From positions 1,736,001-1,800,000 of the forward strand of contig NC_043008.1 of the NCBI RefSeq assembly GCF_006345805.1: a stretch of DNA of 64,000 bases. Direction: 5' to 3'. The notes under the pieces were generated by a model. That model was not told the DNA's origin, searched no databases, and saw only the letters and a list, made by a program, of their open reading frames with translations. Every line of letters begins with the position of its first letter. Positions within the stretch are counted from its first letter, which is position 1. The position numbers and the translations under genes were made by a program. Of this stretch, positions 27,970 to 41,515 are shown piece by piece. Source of the DNA: Octopus sinensis (taxonomy: Eukaryota).

Positions 27970-29129
27970 ACTATTGCGTATGTACCCATTCAGAATTTTC
28001 TTACAATTTCGTGCAATAGCTGAAGTTTAAATCGGTATTCCGTTAAGACATAGATGTAAAAGAAAAGCGACTTGAGATATGTAGTTATATTCAAAGACCA
28101 CTACGTGATATAGAGCTCTTGTATGCTAAAGCATTTTGTATTTGTGATGTTTTATATACTATCAAGTGTTTTCAATCTTCTAAATAATTCAACACTCATC
28201 TTTATATTAGCGATGCAACAGACTAGATTTGAAATGAAATATTCTGGAAATGAATTTCCCAGCGTTAGCTGTATAACTGAAAGTCATGCTAGTGTATGCT
28301 TTTTCTCAGGAATCGAGACATTTTACTACCGAATGTATGGAGACCACCCAGGATATCATTGTTCGGAATTATGCATTTGCGAATTATAGATAATACGTCG
28401 TACTCGTATACATGGGAATGCAGCGGTTGCTGCCATTATTCTTAAGCTACTACTACTACCACCACTACTACTACTGCTACTACTAACACCACTACTACTA
28501 CTACTACTTCAACTACTACTAGTGCTGCTGCTGCTGCTACTACTATTACTACTACTGCTACTACTTATGAAAATTGTGATGAAGTTCATTTCAACAATAA
28601 AATCAAAGAAGAAGAAGAAAAGAAGAAGAACCATTGCACTAATTCGAAGGCAATCACCGGCGTAAATTGAATTCTGACAATACTGATGGAATCAGTTCAT
28701 CCTTCTGAATTTTAACAGTGCAATTCTCATTTGCGCATTTCGGAATTATTACTTAGATATTGCACCAAAATTTCTAAACTATAAGAAGGGAAGAAGACAA
28801 CGCCAAATAAAAGTGATAAAATATAGCAAAACAGATATATCCTGCAATATTCTATTTTCTCTCCGTAAAATACGAATGTCTTCATAAGATTAGTATAACA
28901 CGAAACTAAAACTATGTTAGAACCTAGTCGACTACACAGTGTATTTGCCTGAAAATCAAAATACAAAGACTGATAGAAGACTTGTAAGAAGGCTGGTTTG
29001 TAAAACGAATTAAAGATATTTCTTGCACAGTAACCAATAATCATTAGACGTATAGACGTTCTTACCTATAAGTCTTATATATCGATAATAAAAACAAATG
29101 TGGCTATTAATATTAGTTTCAGATCTGAA

Positions 29130-29700
29130 GGAAGCGAACTGGATCAATCGTTAGTAAGCAGGACACAATGCATAGTGATGGCATTTCGTCATTGTCTATG
29201 TTATGTGCTCGATTTCCGCCGAGGGAGACTTACACCACGAAATTGCAGGTCTGGTGATCAACTTTGAAAACGATATTCGTTTGAAATTTGCGGATTGCAA
29301 CTGGCATAATCGTTTGCATACCGGACAAAGAGCTCTGCGGCATTATATATGTTTCACGTTCAGATTTTATATTGTTCCAAAGCCGATTTTCCTTTCCTTC
29401 TTTCGGGAGTTGATAAAATATGTACCAGTTGGGCTCTATGTCGATATAATCGACTTATAAAGCCACCACAAAATCGCTGGATTTCTGCCAAAATTTGGAA
29501 AATCAAAATTAATTTTAAATGTTGGTACAGCGACAGTAATTTCAGGGAACGGAGTAAGAAGATACCTCCGACAACACTGCTCGGTAGTTATTCAATCGAT
29601 CGGGAAAGGAGAAATAATTAGAACTTGGAACACAAAACGGACGAAACGTCACTAAGCACTTTCTGCGGCGAGCTCACGATTTAGCCAGCTGTCTGCCTTA
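29130..29700. mobile_element. Cluster of three degenerate SINEs: + (29130-29275, deleted), + (29295-29505), - (29515-29700)
   Basis: gcgaactggatcaatcgttag..ttccgccgaggg; ctggcataatcgtttgc..gataaaatatgtaccagtt; and ggacgaaacgtcactaagcac..gccagctgtctgcc (reverse head). Confidence 0.65.
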
Positions 29701-30322
29701 AGCAAGCCATTCAAATTGATAGTTTTCATATAATTCCACAAACTATAAATAATATTAATTATGTTTTCGTACACGAGAAAGAGTACGTATATGAAGTTGC
29801 GTATCAGGAAATTCGATATATTTAATTCGAAATTGTAATGGAAACGAAAATCTCGAGTGAAATAAATCAACACCGTTTTAAGAATTACTAGGAAAACATC
29901 GTTGATAATTAGTCAAAAATAGAGTTAATTAAGATGTTAAAATAATTAAGATTATTTGTATTTAGCGAAGAAAACGTGTTATTATCAACTGTTGGACCAG
30001 ATTAATGATACAGTTGTTTTTGCCAAATAGTGAGTCATCAATGGCATACACATTTATAAAATAAAGATATGTGAAACTGAAATTATGTCGCTTCTACCAG
30101 GAATCGGTGATGAATTTCATCCATTTAATTATTATTCCAACTGCGCCACATATATATCGTAAACACATGCACGCAAACACACACATACACAACACGCACA
30201 CGGACGGACACTTACGCATACTGGCATATATTTTTGTCTATATCTTTCCCTCACGGTATATATATATATTTATGCATACATACATATATACGTACATCAT
30301 GCATACATACATACATACATGC

Positions 30323-30357
<35 letters not shown>

Positions 30358-30358
30358 C

Positions 30359-30422
<64 letters not shown>

Positions 30423-31083
30423 TAAAGCAAAATAAATCAATTAAATGGAGTCGCTTGAAACGATCGTACTGCATTAAGGCGTTTTAGACTATTACCAATT
30501 ACTAGGAATTCCATTGCTTTTCAGACTGAATCGGTGCTGAGATGCTAAAACAGATGCTTTGTTACGGGCAAAGATTTTGTTCAATACCACAGATTTGTAT
30601 CTGCTTCTTAGTTGCGTGATCTTAACTTCTTGCGCATGCGCTTTAGTGGTTGACAATATGTGCATCACTGATCATGAGCAGAGGTAGTGAGGTGCATCAT
30701 CGTCATTTCTTGAGAGAGATTCTTTGAGAGGGATTATTTGTGAATAAATGTAACAAAGCAATCTTTGAAGGTAATATTTACCAATTTTCGTACTTTCTAA
30801 GGGTTAGCAGAAAAGAAATAATTGTTGCTACCCAAGGGCAAAAATCGTGTTAAACCCTGTAGTTCGTCCACATTATTCACTAATTTATATGGTTTTCCTC
30901 TTTCGACTCTTCTCAGAGCTGGTAGCATTTTCTCTTTCATTATTTCCCGCATCTTTCAGGTGTAATTGTAATCTTCTTTACTCTGTAATATGCTTTTCCT
31001 TCACATCATCCGAGCAGTTGTTTCTTTTGTGGGTACAGATTGTTCTCACTGCTAATCAAGTACTTCTACAAATAATTATATCA

Positions 31084-31180
<97 letters not shown>

Positions 31181-32234
31181 GTGTGTACGTGTATGTGTGT
31201 GTGTGTGTATTTTCACGTGTATATATTCATATATGTATGGGGGGGGGGGCTGGATGTGTGTGTGCGTGTCTGTGTGTATATGGAGAATTTCTTTTCAAAG
31301 TCTTTTTAGAAATCAATATGTAAAGCGACGATGAAATATTTTAAGATGTCAAATCTTCACTGTTGAAGCAAAATAGAAAAAGTGAAGCTGAAATGTGAAT
31401 TGAGGCAAATAAATTTCCATTTACACTTAACAAAATATTAGCATCAACATTCATTTTTTTCTTTAACACTCCAAGGAATGCATTACGGATTTCTTGAAAG
31501 AAATATCGTTCTTTCATGGGACGAGTTCTATTGTTAAATATCATTTCTTTTAGCTAACACAATTTCCCTCTTCCTGCTTAAACAAATATCATATCAGATA
31601 TTTTGGATTGAATGTAAAATACTGTTGCAAAAGTTTACTTTATACATAAGAATTCAAGTAAATTCCAGTTATAACTGGTTCAAATTGTTCCACTCTACAT
31701 ACTGTACTCGCAGAATAGTGATATAAACTAGTACTTAATGATATTCTTTTTTGATATCTATGTATTCAATAGATCCTGTCGCAGAATGATATTTATTATC
31801 AAACAGGCGTGTCTCCAAAAATCGCTAACTTAGAAAACGTTTCTGTGTTTGATCTGATATTACATTTTTAAAAATACCAAAAATAGCATCAGCTGATCAT
31901 TAAAAGGGGGGGGGAATAAAGTTTAAAATCAATTAGCACCATTAACATTGTTGTCATGACAAAAAATCTTATTCGTTAAAATTGACGATCATCATCATTA
32001 TAAACCCCACCTGAATCGTTGTGGTTGTCGTTTTCTTCGTCGTCCGGCGTTAGTCGTCGTTTCCGTTGTCGACATCTTCGCCGACCTCCTAGTCGTTGTT
32101 GTTGCAAACGATATTACTGTGCTTTAGCCACGAATGTTCTTGTCAAAAATTACTATAATAATCTTACAATTTGTTTAAATATCAATATCAGCTTCCTTCT
32201 GATTATCATAATTACCATCCGGTTTGTCAACTAC

Positions 32235-32645
32235 CTACTTCTTCTTCTTTTCTTCTTTCTCTTCTTCTTTCCCTTCTTCTTCTTCTTCTTCTTCTTCTGT
32301 TCTTCTTCCTTTTCTTCTTCTTTTCTCCTTCGTCGTCGTCTTCTCCTTCTTCTTCTTCTTCTTCGTCTTCGTCTTCTGTCTTCTTTCTTTTTTCTCTTCC
32401 TTCTTCTTTTCTTCTTCTTCTTTTCTTTCTTCTTTTCTTCTTCTTCTTCTTATTCTTCTTCTTCTTCTTCTTCTTCTTCTTATTCTTCTTATTCTTCTTC
32501 GTCTTCTTCTGTCTTCTTCGTTCTTCTTCTCTCTGTTCTTCTTTCTTGTTTCTTCTTCTTCTTCTTCTTCTTTTTCTTCGTCTTCTTCTTCCCTCCTCCT
32601 CTTCTTCTTCCCTTCTTCTTCGCTTCTCTTCATCCTTCCTCTCAT
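32235..32645. repeat. About 410-bp degenerate (TTC)n polypyrimidine tract (shorter ones at 36850-36945 and 39665-39790)
   Basis: Direct reading. Confidence 0.95.
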
Positions 32646-33775
32646 GCCCAGTGCTACTTTATTTCATTTCCTCATCATCATCATGTTTAGAGGTATAAAT
32701 GTTACACATTCTCCTCAGAGCTATCATTCCATTTCTTGTCCACCTGCTGATTTTCAAACTCATCCCCGTCACCATTGTGTACATCGATATTTTTCGGTAC
32801 TTTCGTCTCATACATCGAATACTATATTCAGCCGTTTTGATTATCAATATAAGAGCTTGTGACACTAGACATTTATTATTTTTTTTTTTGCTTAATTTTA
32901 TATGATATTTCTAAATCCTAATCACCATCTCCAGCAAAGATATTAGGATGGAAACGATCACCATAATCAATAAATTGCACTACCGTCCTCTTGACAATCA
33001 TTCTCATAACCAGAAAACAGTACGAGTAGGAGCAATGATCCGCTATCATCGTAGTCATTATCATTATAATTGCTGAAAACTCTATTGTTATGAAAGTACT
33101 ATTATCTAAACACCACCATTCTCCCTCAGTGAAACGAAAAAAAAAAAATGCTGTAAATCGATTTCTTATTTTTTTTATTTAAAAAATAAAAACGCTCGAA
33201 CATTCCCGTGTTACTTTAGCAATATATCATTAGCAGTAAATTTGCGTAATTACGTTACATTCTGTCGAAGTTTTGCGTCGGAATAGAATGGCCTTTTGCT
33301 GACAATTGCTATCGACGACCATTTTAATTGTATATCAACATCGTTTTGGTAATTTATTTTTTATGTATCCAATGTAGTGATACTGGCTGAGGTGGGTAGA
33401 TTCTTTGTTCAAGAGTTAATATAAATTGTGTACGTTGAAATATTCTCTCATTAACGGATCTTCTGAGTTCAAATTCAAGTTTGTGTAAACGCATTGGGAA
33501 ACTTTTGTTAAAGATATCCTCACTGATACACACACCTACGCCTGCTCCGTTTCTGCCTCTCATAAAGTGTTTACACATAAAATTATAAATGTATGTGTGC
33601 CTCTGTGTGTTTGTGTAAGGATATATGATATTATGTATGCATAAATTATAGATATATTCACACACACACATATATATATATATATATACCTATATATACC
33701 CTCATAAATATACATATCTATCTGTTTATCTATCCATCTATCTATCACTATCACTTTCTCTGTATGTATACATAC

Positions 33776-33810
<35 letters not shown>

Positions 33811-33833
33811 TTATATATATATACATATATATA

Positions 33834-33929
<96 letters not shown>

Positions 33930-33957
33930 TATTTATATATATTTAGATATGTCTATT

Positions 33958-35063
33958 CAGGGTACGGTAGGTAAATTGTCGGCGTTTTATATTTATTAAT
34001 TTCGTGAATGCAGATAGTCTGTCTTTTATTTTGGTGCCTATTGCAGTATTGTAGGGATCGTTGGGTACCCTCATTAAGAAAAGGAACACATTGACGCAAT
34101 TTACCCTGACAGAGATTTAGAAACGACATGCTGTACCGCTCGGCAATCGTTTCGGAACCTCCAATACAAAAGTTTCAGAGTCAATTTTCGGTGTCAATTT
34201 GAGGACAGTGCAGAGGATTCAGCGTAACCATTTTGAGGATCCTAATGGTGATTACGAAGGTATTGCAGCTCAGAAAAAACTCAATTTTTATCGTTTTTAT
34301 AAGAAAAATAAATCTCCTGAATTTGTTGCTGTGATCTATGTTAAGATTGACAACGATCACACCAAGTTAATCACATCCACTGCCAGAGGTGCTTCTGAGT
34401 CAGGTAGTGCTAGATGACGTTTGGTATTCTGCATGCAATGTGTAAAAATGCCAATTTTCTTCCCAAGCCAACCATGACAAGATGAAAGGCCGCGTTACAA
34501 AGTTTATAAAGAAACTCAAGCAATCCTTGTAACCGAACGTACATTCGTGTCCCTAAAACATGTACCTAGAGTGCATGCTGTTTGGAGTAATCACTAGTGA
34601 TGGCCATGTTAGGCCTCCTTTCAGCTTCCCACACGGACTCAGACTCAACGTAGATGCCTACATCAAATACCTGAAAGCGGTAGTGCTGCCGTGGGTCAAG
34701 AGGGTAGTTGTTGGAAGAACCTGTGTCTGGAAACAGGACTCTGCACCATGCTACACAAGCAGGACAGCCCAATCATAACTGTCAGGCAATTTCTGCGACC
34801 ACATCACTCCTAACATCTGGGCACCTTACTCCCCAGGTGGCAAAGCCATTGATTATTATGTGTGGGGCGCAGTTGAGCGAGAGATCAACAAAACTCCTTG
34901 CAACACCAGAAATGAACTGAAGGCAAGGATTATGGCAGCATTCACCATCTTAAAGAAAGATATTATCCAGAAGAGTTGCAAGTAAATATATCTGTTAAAA
35001 TGAGATGTCAGTGTTATTTCTATTTTTGCATAATTTAGATAACAATTCATTCACCGCACTCTG
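33958..35063 (+). mobile_element. maT/DD37D-like Tc1-mariner element, both TIRs recognisable, transposase disrupted
   Basis: LFGVITSDGHVRPPFSFPHGLRLNVDAYIKYL..W KQDSAPCYTS, then DHITPNIWAPYSPG..IDYYVWGAVERE; TIRs cagggtacggtaggtaaattgt and acaattcattcaccgcactctg. Confidence 0.88.
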
Positions 35064-35114
35064 TGTACACTCACAGACACACGCACACACACACACACAC
35101 ACACATACACACAT

Positions 35115-35151
<37 letters not shown>

Positions 35152-35291
35152 ATTTGTCAGAGTTTTATCATAATTTAAAAACAAGTTTCTCAGGTTTAAC
35201 TATTGACTTGGAATTTGTATTGATTAGTAGTTAAGCTTTTAAACTTTTTTTACTTGCAGCATTATATGTATGTATGTATGTCTCTCTCTCT

Positions 35292-35337
<46 letters not shown>

Positions 35338-35493
35338 CACAATATTATCGCTTCGCTCTGAGTCCATCTCCTTCTCCCTGTCCAATATCAATGCAAATCC
35401 TCGAACTCTCGCACATATATATATATATATAAAGAGAAACAGAATATATATAGAAAAAGAGATCTATAGGTAAAGGAATACATATAAATATAT

Positions 35494-35711
35494 TCGAGAG
35501 GAGCTGAAAGGTTTCTAGTTTTAAGGATATCATGAACTGCCTGGCTGAATGCTCAAACTTCCGAGTTCCTTTGTATAGTTTAGAAAAACTGGAGGCCAGC
35601 TTCGATAAGTCTGTGAATCTTGGAGGGAAATCAGTTGAATACAATCATAATTAACCGATCCTCTTGTATTTTCCTTTGCACAAAGCCAGGGATATTTCTG
35701 CACGCCTTCGT
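35494..35711 (+). mobile_element. Mariner-derived MITE
   Basis: Degenerate TIRs (tcgagaggagctgaaaggtttct / agggatatttctgcacgccttcgt) around a remnant of the transposase C-terminus (ttagaaaaactggagg..ataagtctgtgaatctt..gttgaata). Confidence 0.6.
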
Positions 35712-36496
35712 TCATAATGGACGGAAAGTTTGTATTTATTTCAAAATATGAATGTTTATTTTTAGCTCAAATAACGGAGAACATTTCTTCTCCGTTTGTT
35801 GACACAGATAAGATGTGGCAATGTAGACTGCAGATTACAGTAAATCGCAATATATTAATTTGTAGTAGGTTTTCTAGGTATACAAATGGACGTGACAAAT
35901 ATAGCAATCTAAAATAAAGAATTATCATTCTAATAATTTCTAGATTAATCATATAAAAATCAATAGCATATAAAAATATGAGGGTGGTTAGATGTCTCAT
36001 TGAACAAATTATAAAGTATTTATAAATATGTGTCAGTCTTAGGTTGTGTGTCTATATATATGCAAATGCATTCGATGTACATTATTATTTTTTAGTGGAT
36101 GTTAACCAGAGAAGTAACAATTAAAGCAAAGTACATCCTGAAATAGATATCCTTAAACGAAATAATAAATGTATTTACTTCGAATACAAGGTTGTTCAAA
36201 TACTATGGTAGTCTGTTTGGCTTTTATTTGCTGATTGGTTTTGTCTCCTTATATTCTTACTATTTTTACTTCCGTCACTTCCATCAAAATAATATCATTA
36301 AACAGTTCGCAACTGAGGCCAGTTGCATCGATCAACTCTTTCATTAAAATATTTGGGATTATGCCTATATTTGTGAGTATTATATTGTTGCCATTAATGG
36401 AGAATATAAGCCAATATTTTGTGCACAGCTGTACAGAAAGTTAAAATAACAATCCGCCGGAAAGTATTATAATTTCTCAATATTTTATCTTCATAG

Positions 36497-36700
36497 AGTA
36501 GCGATCAGACACAATCGTTAACACACCAAGCAAAATAATCATCAGCGCCACTCATTACGCCTTTGGGTTCTAAGCTGACATTCCGCCCAGCTCGACTTAG
36601 ACCTTCATTCATTCGAATTCGATAAAATAAGTACCACTTGAGTTCGATGTATTCAAATAAAACCCTCCTGTGAATTTGCTGTACAAAATCTTGAAGCCGA
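36497..36700 (+). mobile_element. Degenerate SINE
   Basis: aatcgttaacacacc, ttccgcccagctcgactt, gataaaataagtaccac. Confidence 0.65.
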
Positions 36701-37002
36701 TATATTAACGTAAGTTAACGACACTGTTTAGATCTAGAATCCGTCTGACAAATATATACGATCTATATGCTGCGATTGATCTGTCTGTGTGTATTGGTAT
36801 ATCTCAAATTATGTTGTCATTTTTATAGGCCTTTTCCGGGATAGGGCTCTTCTTCTTCTTCTTCTTCTTCTTCTTCTTCTTCTTCTTCTTCTTCTTCTTC
36901 TTCTTCTTTTTCTTCCTCTTCTTCTTCTCCTTCTCCTCCTCCTTCATTATTGTTGTTATTATTATTATTATTATTGTTATTATTGTTATTATTATTATTA
37001 TC

Positions 37003-37645
37003 ATTCTATGTTTGACTTTTGCTTTATGTCTGTACAAGTTGGCTCCAAGTCTCACCCAGAGACCTCAAGAGACAACAGGTTGGAAGTTCACGTTGTTGTT
37101 ATGCCTAGTGTGCCATATATTTGGGGTTTTTTTGGTGTTGTACTAGTGAATGTCTAATACATAAATTAAAAAAAAATCCTTGGGATTACATAGAGAGTAT
37201 TTTTCGTAGGATATGAGTAGTTCCCATGAGCACTATCTTTTGAATTCTGCCATTTTGGGGTTTCCTGGTATCTGAGTTAGGTAGCAATCAGCCCCTTTCG
37301 CTATCATTACCAGGGCAACTATGACAACATGTATTGTTTTAGTCTTCAGGTTCCACATTATGCTGATTTCTATTTCAAGATCTTTATATTTGCTCAGTTT
37401 TTGGTAGGTCTTGATAGATACGTTTATATCGATTGGGACAGTCATATCAATGAGGAGTCATGTTCTTTGTCTGAAGTCTTTCAATATGATGTCTGGCCTA
37501 TTTGCATCTATCTTTCTGTCAGTTTGAATGGTGAAGTTCCAGAGGAGTAAGATGTGGTCATTTTCAAGCACTGGAGGTGGATTGTGTTCCCACCAGTTTT
37601 TTTCATGGGGCAAATCCAGGTTTTTGCAAATTACCCAGTGAATAT
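37003..37645 (-). mobile_element. 5'-truncated R4/Dong-clade non-LTR retrotransposon (RLE endonuclease C-terminus plus 3' UTR) in a (TAA)n tract
   Basis: YIHWVICKNLDLPHEKNWWEHNPPPVLENDHILLLWNFTIQTDRKIDANRPDIILKDFRQRT*LLIDMTVPIDINVSIKTYQKLSKYKDLEIEISIMW; (ATT)n on both flanks. Confidence 0.9.
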
Positions 37646-37664
37646 ATTATTATTATTATTATTA

Positions 37665-37739
<75 letters not shown>

Positions 37740-38217
37740 AAGTAGTAGTAGTAGTAGTAGTAGTAATATTATTGTTATTAATAGAGTGCGCATGCCCTCA
37801 AATTGAAGCCGGAGTACAAATTAACGAGGCACAATGAACCCACCATGTCTAACGGTCTGTGAAGGCTATAACAAACACATGCACCTCAATCATTTGAGCA
37901 CGACATGGTGATCTCACATCAATATAAACTGTGCAAGGCCTTGCAAGTGGGGCCCAGTTGAACTTTTCTTCAGATCGAGTAGTCCTTTCTGCTCAAAAGG
38001 TTCCTCAAAACGGTTCATTTTGTGATGATGTACGAAATCCATTGATTTATTCAAAGAATTCCTCTCTACAGTTACGGCTATGATGCTCTCACACTAAACC
38101 TACTCATGATAAGACATGCGTCATGAGGATACGTTATGTCGATTATGAGGCATGCATTTTCTTTTCTTTTCACAACAACAATTTAAAATTTGCGTAATGT
38201 GTAATCTGAGGGTGGCA

Positions 38218-38460
38218 CTGAATCAGTGAATCGCACAGGATTTTGCAATCCTCATTCACAGTAACTTCTTTATCAGTGACAAAAGTTACCTTAATTAGTC
38301 TACACGTTTTCTATCTTTAATGACTATGTCTGGTCGATTGGCCTGCACCGTTCTGTCGGTGTTAACTGGAAAATGCCAGAGGATAGTGACATTTATACCT
38401 TCAAGGACTGGCTGAGGGTGATGTTCACTCTCGTAAGCAGGAGTGCTGATTTTGTTGTGT
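38218..38460 (+). pseudogene. Degraded C-type lectin domain (or a 134-nt exon, 38299-38432, derived from one)
   Basis: AQDF(C)...29 aa...YVWSIGLHRSVGVNWKMPEDSDIYTFKDW, then after a 1-nt shift (A)EGDVHSRKQEC; spacing fits CTLD AxxxC / WIGL / WxWxDGS / NWxxGEP...C. Confidence 0.45.
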
Positions 38461-39582
38461 TTACATATTTGCTAATATAAATATTGTCCTATTGTTATCA
38501 TTATTGTTATCATCATCGTCGTCGTCGTCATCATTCTTATGGCCATCATTGTTATATTACTGCATACATTTTAGTGGCTTATGCGTTCTTCCATTTATAA
38601 ATATACTTTTTTTTACCAAGAAATGGATGAAAGATTTCTTGTATATTCCCTTGTTATCCTTTGTGTACTGCAGTAGACCTTAAAACGATCCATCATTGAA
38701 GGCATTTTTTAAGGTGGATATGGCACCAGGATATTAATATATGCCTCTGTAGATAACATCAAAAAGTATTTGTTTGAAATTCATGGCAATTACAAACGAT
38801 CTAAATGTAAAAGAGTTAATTGGCAAACGCTTCTCGTACGAATATAAATAAATTAGACATCAATAAAGGGAAATCGGCGCCAGAATTCTGTGAATTTCCT
38901 CACTGAATGCAGACAAGTTCTGCATGTAGTCTTTGATTTTTGCATTTTGTTTGTTTTACTAATATTTGCATGTTGAAGAATTATGCCTTTGATCAAATTC
39001 GTTACTTAAAACCTAGTTATGTAATTCTTGCAGGTAGAATCTTCTTTAATAGTTCCGTTGTGCTAATTGTCTATTACATGTGATCTCGCTTTACGACTAT
39101 AGCTAATTGGGTTATGGAAGCGCTACGCTAATTCCAAACATTTCAGTTTCCTACTAACGTCGAGCGCTATGGAGTTATTTCGTCGCTCGAAATTGGATTT
39201 ATTTAATATTTTTGCAGTATATTCATATGATTGCATATATAATTGCATACATATATGTTCCTGCAGATTATGTTATTTAATACGTTATATTCAGTTTCCA
39301 TGGGAATTTGTAAAGATATCAAATTTACATTCAATATTATATTATCTATTTGTTCACAATTATCCGTTTCTATTTCTTACTGTTTCACAAAGCAACATAC
39401 ATAATTGTTTCGGTATTACCTGGATGTTAATATTTAAACAGTAAATAATGGAGAGTATAAAGAGACTCCCAGATTAATATACCTTGAGTTTCGTCTCATG
39501 TTGACAGTGAATATCAATCAAATTATATAACTAATAATAATAATGATAATAGTAGTAGTTGTAATAGTAGTAGTTGTAATAT

Positions 39583-39638
39583 TAGTAGTAGTAGTAGTAG
39601 TAGTAGTAGTACTACTACTACTACTACTACTACTACTA
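39583..39638. repeat. (AGT)9 directly followed by (ACT)9: perfect spacer-less palindrome
   Basis: Direct reading; centre 39610/39611. Confidence 0.9.
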
Positions 39639-40144
39639 CCGATACCACTACTACTACTACTACTGCTTCTTCTTTCTTCTTCTTCACCTTCTTCTTCTTC
39701 TTCTTCTTCTTCCTCGTCTCCCCTCTTCTTCTTCTTCTTCTTCTTCCCTCGTCTCCCCTCTTCTTCTTCTTCTTCTTCTTCTTCTTCCACTCCTTTTTCA
39801 CTTTCTCCTTCCTCGGCTGCTGCCACTTAAATAATCAAACTTGAGAATCAAATATTTCTATTCGCTCACATACAACATTTCAGTACCCGTTTCGTTCATT
39901 TAGACTTTTTCAAGTGTAAATGTGGAAAACACTTAACTTTTGGAAAAAATTAAATGGAAAGACTGTTAGAAAAATACTTACATAGTATTCAAATACAAGG
40001 GGGATATTCCTTGCTTCTGCCTGCCTCAGTGATATACTAAGCAAATATTCCTTTCAAAATCTTTACATTTAATTTTTCCCCAAATTAACTGGTACTGAAA
40101 TGATTTTTATAAAACTATTTTAGAATTTTCTACATTGAGTTATT

Positions 40145-40193
<49 letters not shown>

Positions 40194-40201
40194 ATATATA
40201 T

Positions 40202-40256
<55 letters not shown>

Positions 40257-40575
40257 ATATAAAGAAGCTCACTGCGTAACAGCGGCGCCAGTGGCTGTTG
40301 TAGCAGATAATAATGGAAGTCAAATCAAGTGTTTAGGTGATCTCAGCGTTGGAATTGTTGGGGATTTATCTCCAGGATAGCTATAAAAACAAACGTGCAT
40401 TTTACACCAAGAGCTTATATGAGAGTTTCTGCCATACGTGCTATCCCAGAAAAGTATGTTCTGACAGATCATCCAAGTTTAAGTGGGAATAAAGATTACG
40501 TTAAAGTATATTTATAAGTATTATGTATATGTATATATGTATGTATGTATGTGCATGGCTATATTCATATATATA

Positions 40576-40629
<54 letters not shown>

Positions 40630-40771
40630 CATTATATATATATATATAATTCATTATATATATATATATACATTATATATGTATAATATATAAGTATACA
40701 TAAATATGTCAATAAATAATTATATATATGTATGTATATATATATATACATACATATATACATATGCATAG

Positions 40772-40805
<34 letters not shown>

Positions 40806-41479
40806 ATATATATGTATATACATATATGTGTATATATACATATACATACACACACACATATATATATATGAAAATGTGTATGGGTGCTTGTGCGTGTGTG
40901 AGTCTGTGTATGTGTGTTGTGTGCGTAGTGCAGAATTGAGTGACAGATTTATAAGAACATACATTCACACACACACGTATCTTTTTATTATATGACTGTT
41001 TGCCTGTTCTTAGCTCTCGCCGTCTGTTTTAGCTTCAATCATAAATACCGAAACTACCATGAAAATACATTTAAAAACTTTCAACATTTATTGGAGCTTT
41101 GCAAATAAATTTGATTTTGAAATTCATATTTACTATTTAATAAAAGTATATCATATTACAAAAATAGGAATACTTCACTCAATATGTCTCTCTTAGATCT
41201 ATGTTTTATCGGTGTATTGTATGAATTCTATTATCATGTGTTTGTCGTTACTCAATTTAAAACACTAATGTTTGCTTAAAATATGATAAAACATATTAGT
41301 CGAATATATTTTTAGATCATTTGATGAGATTTTATGTAGTAATACACATTAGCACCTCCTTTCTCTCTCTCTCCCTCACACACACACGCTCATGCACACA
41401 TATATACGCAGGCACAGAGGCACTACACTCTGTATGTATATATATATATATTTATATATATATATATATATACATTCAC

Positions 41480-41515
<36 letters not shown>

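Noticed and set aside
28447-28670. Mucin-like poly-Thr/Ala reading frame
   Set aside because: Compound (ACT)/(GCT)/(GAA) microsatellite preceded by an in-frame stop.
30660-30697. gaggtagtgagg resembling let-7 in a small hairpin
   Set aside because: Does not match mature let-7 beyond a few bases, the stem is too short for a pre-miRNA, and the context looks like an interspersed repeat.
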